A stretch of DNA of 64,000 bases from positions 471,090-535,089 of the forward strand of contig JBFWOS010000001.1 of assembly GCA_050250375.1 (NCBI GenBank), given 5' to 3'. Made by a program: the position numbers and the translations under genes. The stretch comes from Candidatus Omnitrophota bacterium (GTDB lineage Bacteria; Omnitrophota; Gorgyraeia; Zapsychrales; Zapsychraceae). The notes under the pieces were generated by a model. The model had not been told where the DNA came from. It saw only the letters and a program-made list of their open reading frames with translations, and made no database searches. Shown piece after piece: positions 1 through 8,228 of the stretch. Each line of letters begins with the position of its first letter. The stretch's first letter is position 1.

Positions 1-162
1 CTCGATCCCAACAATAGCTTGCTCCAAACCGTCTTCTACATTTTTCTGAAATAGACCATTTTGTGTAATTACTACAACAATGATTACTATTATCCCAGTG
101 ACTAATAACATAAACTCAATGGTCTGTTGAGCAATCCTATTACAAAATATCTCCAGTTTCAT
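1..162 (-). CDS. Flp/Tad-type prepilin-like protein, 3'-truncated by the window edge; paralog of the N-terminus of the 190..3321 protein
   Basis: Translating the reverse complement of 1..162 gives MKLEIFCNRIAQQTIEFMLLVTGIIVIIVVVITQNGLFQKNVEDGLEQAIVGIE. This is near-identical in layout to residues 1-54 of the upstream giant protein (RAGQQTIEYVVLFAGIISVIVVAVSQNGLLQRNVEDGLEQAVVGVE). The start codon lies 28 nt downstream of the stop of that gene on the same strand. It is absent from the ORF track only because fewer than 60 aa are visible. Confidence 0.6.
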   Translation of the reverse strand, partial: MKLEIFCNRIAQQTIEFMLLVTGIIVIIVVVITQNGLFQKNVEDGLEQAIVGIE

Positions 163-189
163 CTATTAATTATAGAATAATTTATGTTC

Positions 190-3100
190 TTACTGACAGT
201 CATAATTAGAATATACAGGAGTGGAATAAGGACCCACAAAGACCACATACCGGCACGGTCCTTGGGTTAAAAGACAAGCTGTTCCAACGGCAGGATCAGT
301 ACCAGGACATCCTGGACCACCTAAAGCGCCTCCACCTGATCCAGTATATACCCATGTTCCGGGCGCTGGAACGCAGGAATTTCCTGAGCACATGTAATCA
401 GGCCCACAAGTGTTCGGACATGTCCCGGTCACCCCACAATTATTAGTCGCAGGGCCACAGGCTATTCCGGAACAAGTAACTCCGATTGGGTCAGGATTAC
501 AAAAGCATGTATTGCCAGAGCAGGCATTATTAGGAAGAGTACAAGTAAACGGGCAACTAACTACATTCCCACAATTATTCGTTGTATTTCCACAAGGAAT
601 ACTGGCACAAGTAACTCCTATGGGATCAGGGACGCAGATACATGTATTCCCTGAACAGGAGTTCATTGGTGGTGGGCAGGCAAACGGACATGCGACCACA
701 TTTCCACAATTGTTTGTCGCAGGACCGCAAGGCACACCGGCACATGTTGCCCCCAGTGAATCGGGCGTACAAATGCATGTATTTCCTGAACAATTGTTAT
801 TAGGCGCAATACATGTAAAAGGACATGTAACCGTATTCCCACAATTATTAACCGCGGTTCCGCAGGCAATCCCTGAACAAGTTACATTCAACGGCTCAGC
901 AACACATTTACACTGATTATCGATACAAGCAGTATACGGAGGCGTGACACAAGTATTACCACAATTGACAGGGAAACCACAATTATTTAAAACAGTTCCG
1001 CATTGAATACCTGCACATGTCGTCGCAGCAGGTTCAGGTGTACATCCACAAAAATTCCCTTGGCAAGTTTCCGGTAATACACAAGTATTGGGACAGGTCG
1101 TTAAATTGCCGCAATTATCGCGCGCAGTTCCGCAGTCCTTACCCGCACAGGTGACGTTGAGCTGATCTGGTACACACCCGGCACAGCCATTTCCAACACA
1201 GGCTTGTGGAGCACACGTATTGGGGCAACTTACAGTATTACCACAATTATTAGTTACTGAACCACATGGAACACCTGCGCATGTTATTTGAATAGGATCA
1301 GCAATACATGCACTACATGTGTTTCCATTACATGCGTTTGGCAATGAACATGTGTTCGGACAAGTCACGGGATCATTACAGTTGTTAGTAACAACCCCGC
1401 ACTGAACTCCGGCACAAGTTACTGATGCAGGCTCAGGGGCACAGAAGCAAATATTCGAAATACAAGCAGTATTTGGCGGCGAACAAGTATCTGGGCAATT
1501 AACTGGATTACCACAGTTGTTAAAAACGGCCCCGCACTCAACGCCAGAACAAGTACTTGCAGGAGTTTGGGCAATACACTCACACTGATTATTTACGCAA
1601 GCTAATGGTGTACAAGTATTCGGACAAATAACAGTCTGACCACAATTATTAACTGTTGGACCACACGCTAAACCAGCACAAGCTGACGCAACGGACTCAG
1701 GGACACAATTGGAACAAGTATTATCCGTACATATCGCAGGGGAAACACATGTATTTGGACATATAACATTATTTCCGCAATTATCAACCGCCGGCCCACA
1801 AGCGATTCCAGCGCAAGTTACTCCTATTGGATCTGGAGCACACCCTGCACAAGTTGTTCCAGAACATACCTGGGGCGAAACACAAGTATCCGGACAAGCC
1901 ACAGGAATACCACAGTTATTAGTCACAGTGCCACATTGAGCGGAGGCACAAGTTACTGAATCCGGATTAGGTATACATGTGCAGGCATTGGCGACACAAT
2001 CTAAATTTGGGGGGGTACAGGAATCAGGACATAGAACGGGATCAAAACAATTATCAAGTGCATATCCGCATTGAATTCCTAAACATGTTACAGAGATGTC
2101 ATCTGATGGACAAACACAAAGATTCCCGGGACTATTCCCTTGAACACATTGATCAGGGGCTATACAACTACCGCAATCAACGACTTGAAAACAATTATTT
2201 GCGGCTGGCCCACATTCATGATTAAAGCATGTAACCGCTATCGGGTCGGGAGTACAATTCAAACAAGCACTTCCAGTACAAACTTGAGGAGGAATTTGTA
2301 AAGGACATGTATCTGGACATGTAACGATATTCCCACAGTTATCTAATCGATTTCCACAAGGGACACCGGCACAAGTGGTTGCTATAGGATTTGGAATACA
2401 TCCTCCACAAGTATTTCCAGTACAAACTTCAGGAGGAACCAAGCTAGCACAAGTATTTGGACATGTAACCGTATTGCCACAATTGTTCGTTCTTGGTCCA
2501 CATGCAATTCCCGAGCATGTAACACTAATGGGCTCCGGAACACATCCAGCACATGTATTACCGCTACAAATTTGAGGAGAAACACAGGTATTCGGACATG
2601 TAACGGCCTGACCGCAGTTATTTAAAGTCAATCCGCATTGTACACCCGCACAAGTTGTGGCAGGAGAATTAGGCGTACAACAATTACTCCCGGTACAAAT
2701 AGCTGGCGCCACACACGTATTTGGACATGCAACAGAATTACCGCAATTGTTTAGTCTTACACCACATTGAGCTCCCGCACAGGTAGTTGCAATAGGCTCG
2801 GGGACACATGTACAAACATTACTTTGGCATGTTTGTGGGGCGGTACATCCTCCACAATCAATTGGAGTCCCACAGCCATCATCAATAACACCACAAGCAC
2901 CGACTGTACATGGATTGACAGGCGCACATCCACAAAGATTACCAGGCAAACAAGACTGTCCTACTGGACATCCCCCGCAATAAATGAGAACGCCACATCC
3001 ATTATTCTTATTACCGCATTCTCCAGGGTTACAAGAAACACTCGGAGTACAACTACCACAATCTGCCCCACAAATTCCCGCCTCTCCAGGTTCACAACAA

Positions 3101-3321
3101 CCATTGCCACATACAGTTACACATCCTACGCTATCAAAACAAGCTGATTCAGCCATACATTCGACCCCTACCACAGCCTGCTCCAAACCATCTTCCACAT
3201 TACGTTGAAGCAACCCATTTTGCGATACGGCTACAACAATAACACTAATAATGCCCGCAAAAAGGACGACATATTCAATTGTTTGCTGACCAGCCCTAGT
3301 TATTAAATGTTTTAGCTTCAT
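190..3321 (-). CDS. Giant Flp/Tad-like pilin-domain protein with about 20 tandem cysteine-rich repeats (1043 aa)
   Basis: The N-terminus MKLKHLITRAG|QQTIEYVVLFAGIISVIVVAV has a basic leader, a Gly, then Glu at +5 and Tyr at +6, followed by a hydrophobic helix. This is the class III / Flp-type prepilin signature (compare G|xTAIEYGLIAxLIAV). The remainder is about 20 imperfect repeats of roughly 45 aa, each with 8 Cys, with the consensus TCAGxxCGxxxNNCGxxVxCPNTCxxPxxCxGNTCxCxPxP. Confidence 0.75.
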   Translation of the reverse strand: MKLKHLITRAGQQTIEYVVLFAGIISVIVVAVSQNGLLQRNVEDGLEQAVVGVECMAESACFDSVGCVTVCGNGCCEPGEAGICGADCGSCTPSVSCNPGECGNKNNGCGVLIYCGGCPVGQSCLPGNLCGCAPVNPCTVGACGVIDDGCGTPIDCGGCTAPQTCQSNVCTCVPEPIATTCAGAQCGVRLNNCGNSVACPNTCVAPAICTGSNCCTPNSPATTCAGVQCGLTLNNCGQAVTCPNTCVSPQICSGNTCAGCVPEPISVTCSGIACGPRTNNCGNTVTCPNTCASLVPPEVCTGNTCGGCIPNPIATTCAGVPCGNRLDNCGNIVTCPDTCPLQIPPQVCTGSACLNCTPDPIAVTCFNHECGPAANNCFQVVDCGSCIAPDQCVQGNSPGNLCVCPSDDISVTCLGIQCGYALDNCFDPVLCPDSCTPPNLDCVANACTCIPNPDSVTCASAQCGTVTNNCGIPVACPDTCVSPQVCSGTTCAGCAPDPIGVTCAGIACGPAVDNCGNNVICPNTCVSPAICTDNTCSNCVPESVASACAGLACGPTVNNCGQTVICPNTCTPLACVNNQCECIAQTPASTCSGVECGAVFNNCGNPVNCPDTCSPPNTACISNICFCAPEPASVTCAGVQCGVVTNNCNDPVTCPNTCSLPNACNGNTCSACIADPIQITCAGVPCGSVTNNCGNTVSCPNTCAPQACVGNGCAGCVPDQLNVTCAGKDCGTARDNCGNLTTCPNTCVLPETCQGNFCGCTPEPAATTCAGIQCGTVLNNCGFPVNCGNTCVTPPYTACIDNQCKCVAEPLNVTCSGIACGTAVNNCGNTVTCPFTCIAPNNNCSGNTCICTPDSLGATCAGVPCGPATNNCGNVVACPFACPPPMNSCSGNTCICVPDPIGVTCASIPCGNTTNNCGNVVSCPFTCTLPNNACSGNTCFCNPDPIGVTCSGIACGPATNNCGVTGTCPNTCGPDYMCSGNSCVPAPGTWVYTGSGGGALGGPGCPGTDPAVGTACLLTQGPCRYVVFVGPYSTPVYSNYDCQ
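441..3162 (-). repeat. Coding tandem repeat array (about 135-bp unit, about 20 diverged copies) encoding the 8-Cys module of the pilin-like protein
   Basis: The protein shows a periodic CG...NNCG..V.CP.TC motif. Spurious plus-strand ORFs (410..916, 1709..1939, 2375..2575) with similar periodic composition are antisense artifacts of the same repeats. Confidence 0.7.
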
Positions 3322-3467
3322 GTGACAGTTTTAGGGGTGCATTTTACGAAAGCCATAACCTTTAGAATTCACATCTTCCATCGAAATTATTACCTGGGTC
3401 GATTAAAAGTATAACATATCTATTAGTTAATAGAAATAGATTTTTAATAAGTTAAAAAATGCAATGG

Positions 3468-4013
3468 TTACGATAGTTTATAGCATTTATCACCGACTTG
3501 AACAGATTTTGAAACCTTTAACCCTACTAATTGCCCTCGTTTTGCAACCTTTACATCAACACTTTCAATTTGCAAAGAATTAACTTTCTGTATAAAGTCG
3601 GTCACTTTCCCTTTAATATTTATCTTATCACCAATTTTTAACTCCAATTTCTCAATTTTCAAAACAACAACATTGATTTTTGAAAAATAATGAGTGACGC
3701 TCCCCACCAAAGGACTACTTACCTCATTCTTCAACACAATTTTTTTTAGTGGACCTAGTTTTCGATTTGAGTGAGGGACTTTTCGGTTGGGAGATTTCTT
3801 CTTTTTTTGTGCAGGTTTTGTTTTAACCTTTTTTGGGGCGGTCTTTTTGACAGGACCTTTTGTGGGGGGCTGAGTAACTCGGGGACGACTTCTTGTTGTT
3901 TGCTTTTTCTTTGTTTTTGGACCAGCACCAATTGTTCTACTTTTCTTCCTTTTTCGCTTGGGGGGTATAAATAATTTTCGGATCTCCTTAATAATTTCTT
4001 TTATAAACTGCAT
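3468..4013 (-). CDS. Hypothetical protein: Lys/Pro-rich basic N-terminal half plus C-terminal beta-strand-rich domain
   Basis: ORF of 181 aa. The N-terminal 110 aa are low-complexity and basic (KRKRKKSR...KKVKTKPAQKKKK). The C-terminal approx 70 aa (HYFSKINVVVLKIEKLELKIGDKINIKGKV...) alternate hydrophobic and charged residues like a small beta-barrel. I do not recognise a named family. Confidence 0.4.
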   Translation of the reverse strand: MQFIKEIIKEIRKLFIPPKRKRKKSRTIGAGPKTKKKQTTRSRPRVTQPPTKGPVKKTAPKKVKTKPAQKKKKSPNRKVPHSNRKLGPLKKIVLKNEVSSPLVGSVTHYFSKINVVVLKIEKLELKIGDKINIKGKVTDFIQKVNSLQIESVDVKVAKRGQLVGLKVSKSVQVGDKCYKLS

Positions 4014-4213
4014 TTTATAAAGAAATCCCCTGTTAAAATTAAAGGAACACCTTCATTTGCGACGACTGACAAAATTTTCTTCCCATGCGCAAATGTAAAA
4101 GTGTTATCGTTTTTGAAAATTAAAGGAATGGCACAAAGAATAAAAAGATATGACACTGCGGCGAAGATTTTTCCATCGAGGATTTTTTTATCTTCAGCTG
4201 ATTTTTTGTTCAT
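4001..4213 (-). CDS. Small membrane protein, DUF4870-like
   Basis: 70 aa. AVSYLFILCAIPLIFKNDNTFTFAHGKKILS resembles the conserved core of the DUF4870 small membrane protein family (YLxILxxIPLL..KDDEFVKFHAKQ). It overlaps the downstream ORF by 13 nt. Confidence 0.45.
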   Translation of the reverse strand: MNKKSAEDKKILDGKIFAAVSYLFILCAIPLIFKNDNTFTFAHGKKILSVVANEGVPLILTGDFFIKCSL

Positions 4214-5444
4214 CCCCCGCCTTTACTTCAATAAGCGAGTTTATATCTCCAAAAGAATTGCGTTCTTTCCGGTTATTTTTTGGGTCTTCTTTCCAAACAC
4301 CATCGACGATAAACTGATATTTGTATAACCCTGGCTTAAGAGGTATTTCTGCTTCCCACTGACCGTCTTTTTCTCTCATGCGACAAGTATCATCAAGCGA
4401 CCAGTCATTAAAACTTCCAGTAACATATACTGATTTTGCCTCAGGCGCTTCGATAGAAAAGCAGATCGTCGTTAATCCGCTCATTTCTTGTTTGACAATT
4501 TCTTTCATTTGATCCGACATAGGCGCAAATGTGTCTTTTGCAGAAACCGGCTGTTCTTCCGTTGTTGGCTTCCCTTGTAAACTTTGCGTTTCTTCCACAA
4601 ATTCTTGAGAAAAGCGCTCCGTCGTCTTTGCAGTTTTTTTCTCGGCCTTCAGCTCAACAAAAACCTTTTCAAATTCCTGTTTATCCTGCTTATCCATCAA
4701 TATCAATTCTTTCGCCAAACTGAAATAATCTTTTGATCCTCGGCAATATTTATCATACGCAGAAACCGTTTTTCCCATGACGGCCGACTCTTTTAATTTC
4801 ACATTGATGTGAATAATCGTATCGAACATCATTTTCTCAAATCGCTCTTTGAAAGTGGCCAACATCGCAAAAGAATGCCTTAGCCGGGAGTCAAACATAG
4901 TTACTAAAACCTTGCATTTCACCTCATGGTTAAGCCTGTCTTTAACTAAGTTTACAATATCCATAAGGTGGTCTACCCCTTGCATCGAAAAACGGCTTGT
5001 TTCAACCGGGATGATCAACTCATCGCTGACACGAATCGCATTTACAGTTAAAATGCCGAGACTCGGGGGGCAGTCAATAATAACGTAATCATACATCCCG
5101 CGCAAAGGCTGAACAACTTCTTTTAACTTTAACTCTCGTCCGATTTCATCGGAAAGTTCCTGTTCCAGAGTCCCAACCAATACGTTGGAAGGCACAATAT
5201 CGAAGCTTTCTTCTACTCGCCGTATAATATTATCAATCCTCAATTTTCGGGGGGTAAGCTTAGAAATCACATTATAAATACTGTCCTGGCTTTCTATGTC
5301 CAATCCTAATGAAGCATGTGCCTGCGGGTCTAGATCTAATAGGAGCACTTTTTGCCCATTTTGACTCAAGGCTGAAGCCAAGTTGATAGCTGTTGTGGTC
5401 TTACCACAACCACCTTTTTGGTTTGCTATTGAAATTATTTTCAT
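4194..5444 (-). CDS. ParA/MinD-family P-loop ATPase fused to a C-terminal AMPK-beta/CBM48-type glycogen-binding domain
   Basis: The N-terminus MKIISIANQKGGCGKTTTAINLASALSQNGQKVLLLDLDPQAHAS carries the deviant Walker A (KGGxGKT) of ParA/Soj. After a charged linker (KQDKQEFEKVFVELKAEKK) the C-terminus reads TTICFSIEAPEAKSVYVTGSFNDWSLDD...GQWEAEIPLKPGLYKYQFIVDGVWKEDPKN...GDINSLIEV. This matches the AMPK-beta GBD / CBM48 consensus (VY..GSFN.WS....G.Y.YKF.VDG.W..DP). Confidence 0.75.
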   Translation of the reverse strand: MKIISIANQKGGCGKTTTAINLASALSQNGQKVLLLDLDPQAHASLGLDIESQDSIYNVISKLTPRKLRIDNIIRRVEESFDIVPSNVLVGTLEQELSDEIGRELKLKEVVQPLRGMYDYVIIDCPPSLGILTVNAIRVSDELIIPVETSRFSMQGVDHLMDIVNLVKDRLNHEVKCKVLVTMFDSRLRHSFAMLATFKERFEKMMFDTIIHINVKLKESAVMGKTVSAYDKYCRGSKDYFSLAKELILMDKQDKQEFEKVFVELKAEKKTAKTTERFSQEFVEETQSLQGKPTTEEQPVSAKDTFAPMSDQMKEIVKQEMSGLTTICFSIEAPEAKSVYVTGSFNDWSLDDTCRMREKDGQWEAEIPLKPGLYKYQFIVDGVWKEDPKNNRKERNSFGDINSLIEVKAGDEQKIS

Positions 5445-5471
5445 ACTAAATTGCCCCCTAATAGTTTTAGG

Positions 5472-6053
5472 TTAATTGGTTGTTGCAAAATTCAAATTAT
5501 CAATTAATACCATTCCCCTTTTGTTATCGACGTTCCACGATTCCAAGACAAAGGAAATATCGGTAATACTTGTCCAGTCAGAAATTTGTTTAAATTCATC
5601 CAGAGGTATCCGGTACTGCTGCCAGTTCAAATTGACCCCTTGGATGTAGAAATAGGAGGATTCATTATACCGGTTGTTCATAACAACCTTAACAATACCA
5701 GGAACACCCTCTTCCTTCCCCCTCATCGTAAACTCCAAACTACCATACCGGCTGATGTCCATCGGCGGGATGGACAACGCAAACGTCTCTACCGGATTTG
5801 CCGAGGTTTTAAAATCGTATTCAAAGCGCAACGGTCCCTGGTGAAGCGAATAGATAACATTGTTTTTTAGGGTCTTTTTTTGCTGAGTCAGAAAAGCTGT
5901 TAGCCCATAAAAAGCACTGGCAAAAATGACGGCCGTTATTAAACCGTTTATGAGAAGCCAAGCATTAAACTGCTTCTTTGTTCTGGCGTCATCTTTTTTT
6001 CGCTTACCCAAATAGACCTGAGCTAAATGGTCATATATATCATCTTTGGTCAT
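5472..6053 (-). CDS. Hypothetical membrane-anchored protein
   Basis: 193 aa with a basic cytoplasmic N-terminus, one TM helix (WLLINGLITAVIFASAFYGLTAFL) and an extracytoplasmic domain. No recognisable family. Confidence 0.4.
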   Translation of the reverse strand: MTKDDIYDHLAQVYLGKRKKDDARTKKQFNAWLLINGLITAVIFASAFYGLTAFLTQQKKTLKNNVIYSLHQGPLRFEYDFKTSANPVETFALSIPPMDISRYGSLEFTMRGKEEGVPGIVKVVMNNRYNESSYFYIQGVNLNWQQYRIPLDEFKQISDWTSITDISFVLESWNVDNKRGMVLIDNLNFATTN

Positions 6054-6302
6054 CGCAAAATCTTTTGTAAGATTACTATTAGATAAGATTAAAGGAATTG
6101 AGAAGAAAAATATTTATCTAATTATTTTTATCATAACAAATTAATGATAAAAGAAAACTATAATTTCACTTTTTTTCATTAACCGTATTAAAATTTACCG
6201 ACGAGAATAATTTTCTATCAATCAATAAAATATTAATCATAGAAAATAACTTCCGTCGTAGAATAATATTTGCAGAATTGTCGAGAAGAATACCCATAAA
6301 TC

Positions 6303-6338
6303 AAAAAGCCCTTGCCGAATTTTCGGCAAGGGCTTTTT
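6303..6338 (-). terminator. Rho-independent terminator (bidirectional hairpin) downstream of the porin-like gene
   Basis: AAAA-AGCCCTTGCCGAA-tt-TTCGGCAAGGGCT-TTTTT: a perfect 13-bp stem flanked by an A-run and a T-run, immediately after the stop codon at 6357. Confidence 0.8.
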
Positions 6339-6356
6339 AATAAAAACTTATATTAG

Positions 6357-7715
6357 TTAGAACGCAACATTCATACTAACTAATGCTTGTTTTGCTGTTG
6401 AATTGTTTTCATTATCAAAAACACTTCCGGCAAAGAACCAGCCTATTGATGTTCCGATCGTAACATCTTCGGTGTAATCATAGGTCAGATCAAAATTAAT
6501 TTCTTTACCAAGGAAACTGCTGTCTGTTTTCGCTAACAATTCCTGAGTGCCACCTGTTGGCAATCGTGTTTCAATATCAGGTGATTTCAAGTCTCTCTCT
6601 AACCATATGGCAGTAAGTGCCAGCCGAGCGGTGACATCTTCCATCGGCTCAGCAGTAAAATAGAAAGAGTGAATAACTGAATTGGTCAGGTCAAACAAAG
6701 TATTGTAGATATGGCCTCCACCTTGCGCTTCATAGAACGGATCCCAACCAGTATAATCAGTATTGTTAACATCTGTATCGGTATCCCCTGTTGTTTTGGT
6801 GAAGATGTATTGAGCAACAGGCTTGTATTCTTCAAGAACAGGTAATTGGTAATTCACGATACCCTGAACAGCCCAGGCATCTCTTTTTCTGTTATCACCG
6901 GGGCCACCCACTCTATGGGTGCCACCTTGATGGGCAACTTCCGCTTGGAGATTCAACCCTTCAATCGGGTTTGTACTGGCACGGACGCCTGTAACTTTTA
7001 TCCAATTTGTCTTAGCGCCTGTAGCACTAACATTACCTGATTTATCGCGTTGCTTAAAGAAATACGCTTCAAGAACGGAATCCATGTCATCACCCAATTG
7101 ATAATTGGCGTTGACGCCCCACAGATCCTTGTCGTCATCCAAATGGTTAATCGTAACTGTATTTTGATCAATCTTCGCATAAAATACAGTCACGGTCAAC
7201 GGGTTGTAGTCAAAGATGGCACGGATCGCATCCAAAGATGTTTGTTTAGTCAAATCTTGCGCGATTGATCTGATACCTGAATCACCAGGAGCAACGTTGT
7301 TGGCTCCGGTTGCATCAAACACCAGACCATTCCCAAAAGAAAATACCTGACGACCGACGACTAAAGTCAACGGCGAATAAAGCATTTCTTTTAAGGTTAC
7401 ATAAGCAAGATAGATGTCTACTTCAGATGTTGATTCACTTTCACCACCATCAGCTCCCCATCCTCGTTCGCCGATAAGAGCGATCGTGACATAGACTTGG
7501 TCGGTCAAATCCGCATCGACTTGAAGACCGGTCTGATTGATAAAAACATCTTGGGTATCTGTTCCGCCTGATCCTTTACCAAGATCAAACTCTTGACGGT
7601 GTACAAACGTATTGTTTGTCCATCCGCCAATTTTTACGTTTTGAACGCTAGCAAATGCTGGAGCAGCTGTTGCCGCCATGGCCAATGCTACCGCTAATAC
7701 GATTAATTTTCTCAT
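6357..7715 (-). CDS. Outer-membrane beta-barrel protein (porin-like) with signal peptide
   Basis: Signal peptide MRKLIVLAVALAMAATAAPAFA. Alternating amphipathic beta-strand pattern throughout, and a C-terminal ...SMNVAF ending in Phe as in OMP beta-barrels. Confidence 0.55.
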   Translation of the reverse strand: MRKLIVLAVALAMAATAAPAFASVQNVKIGGWTNNTFVHRQEFDLGKGSGGTDTQDVFINQTGLQVDADLTDQVYVTIALIGERGWGADGGESESTSEVDIYLAYVTLKEMLYSPLTLVVGRQVFSFGNGLVFDATGANNVAPGDSGIRSIAQDLTKQTSLDAIRAIFDYNPLTVTVFYAKIDQNTVTINHLDDDKDLWGVNANYQLGDDMDSVLEAYFFKQRDKSGNVSATGAKTNWIKVTGVRASTNPIEGLNLQAEVAHQGGTHRVGGPGDNRKRDAWAVQGIVNYQLPVLEEYKPVAQYIFTKTTGDTDTDVNNTDYTGWDPFYEAQGGGHIYNTLFDLTNSVIHSFYFTAEPMEDVTARLALTAIWLERDLKSPDIETRLPTGGTQELLAKTDSSFLGKEINFDLTYDYTEDVTIGTSIGWFFAGSVFDNENNSTAKQALVSMNVAF

Positions 7716-8129
7716 TTTTCCCCTCCAAAAAGGTAGATATAATAACGCTTAAAGTTGTATATCAATCAACTAGATATTTTCATGGGCATTAATCTAGATA
7801 ATTACATTATGAATCGACCAGCTCTATCGATGATCCTGAATATATTTTTTTACCATCCCCCCTTTCTTATTAAAAAGTAGGATCATCACTGGTTTGTTTT
7901 TACCGACCTAGTCAAACTTCACAGAAAGACCAGGCCCAATAAAAACTTTGGGTATTGTTGAATTTTTTACCATAGCCAACAGATGGTGTCAACATTTTTT
8001 AAATATTTTTTCAATCGCGTTGAATTTCTGCAAATTATTGAAAATCCGAAATATAGGATTTTCTTATCAACTCTCATTTTGATCTGCCATAACCCCTTTT
8101 ACAACTTGATTTTTGATGCCTGTTAAAAG

Positions 8130-8202
8130 TGCGCCTAGGTGGACTCGAACCACCCCCCCAGCCTTAGGAGAGCCGTGCTCTATCCATCTGAGCTATAGGC
8201 GC
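8130..8202 (-). tRNA. tRNA-Arg (anticodon CCT)
   Basis: The reverse complement folds as a canonical cloverleaf. Acceptor GCGCCTA/TAGGCGC, D-stem GCTC/GAGC, anticodon stem CGGCT/GGCTG with loop CU-CCU-AA, T-stem GGTGG/CCACC with loop TTCGAGT, discriminator A. No CCA is encoded. Confidence 0.85.
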
Positions 8203-8228
8203 ACGAAGATTTTTCAACCATACCCCTA

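Noticed and set aside
441-3162. Tandem ~135-bp DNA repeats that could be mistaken for a CRISPR array or satellite
   Set aside because: The repeats are in-frame coding units of one ORF, diverged at the DNA level, with no spacer/repeat alternation. No cas genes are present.
410-3208. Multiple plus-strand ORFs (410..916, 1709..1939, 1977..2225, 2375..2575, 2767..3147, 2984..3208) inside the pilin-repeat gene
   Set aside because: They are antisense to a long, strongly supported minus-strand ORF. Their periodic, low-complexity translations mirror the Cys-repeat DNA, so they are repeat artifacts.
6054-6302. AT-rich 250-nt gap scanned for IS ends or small RNA
   Set aside because: No inverted terminal repeats, no ORF, and no recognisable structure beyond the terminator at 6303..6338. 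It is most simply an AT-rich intergenic region.
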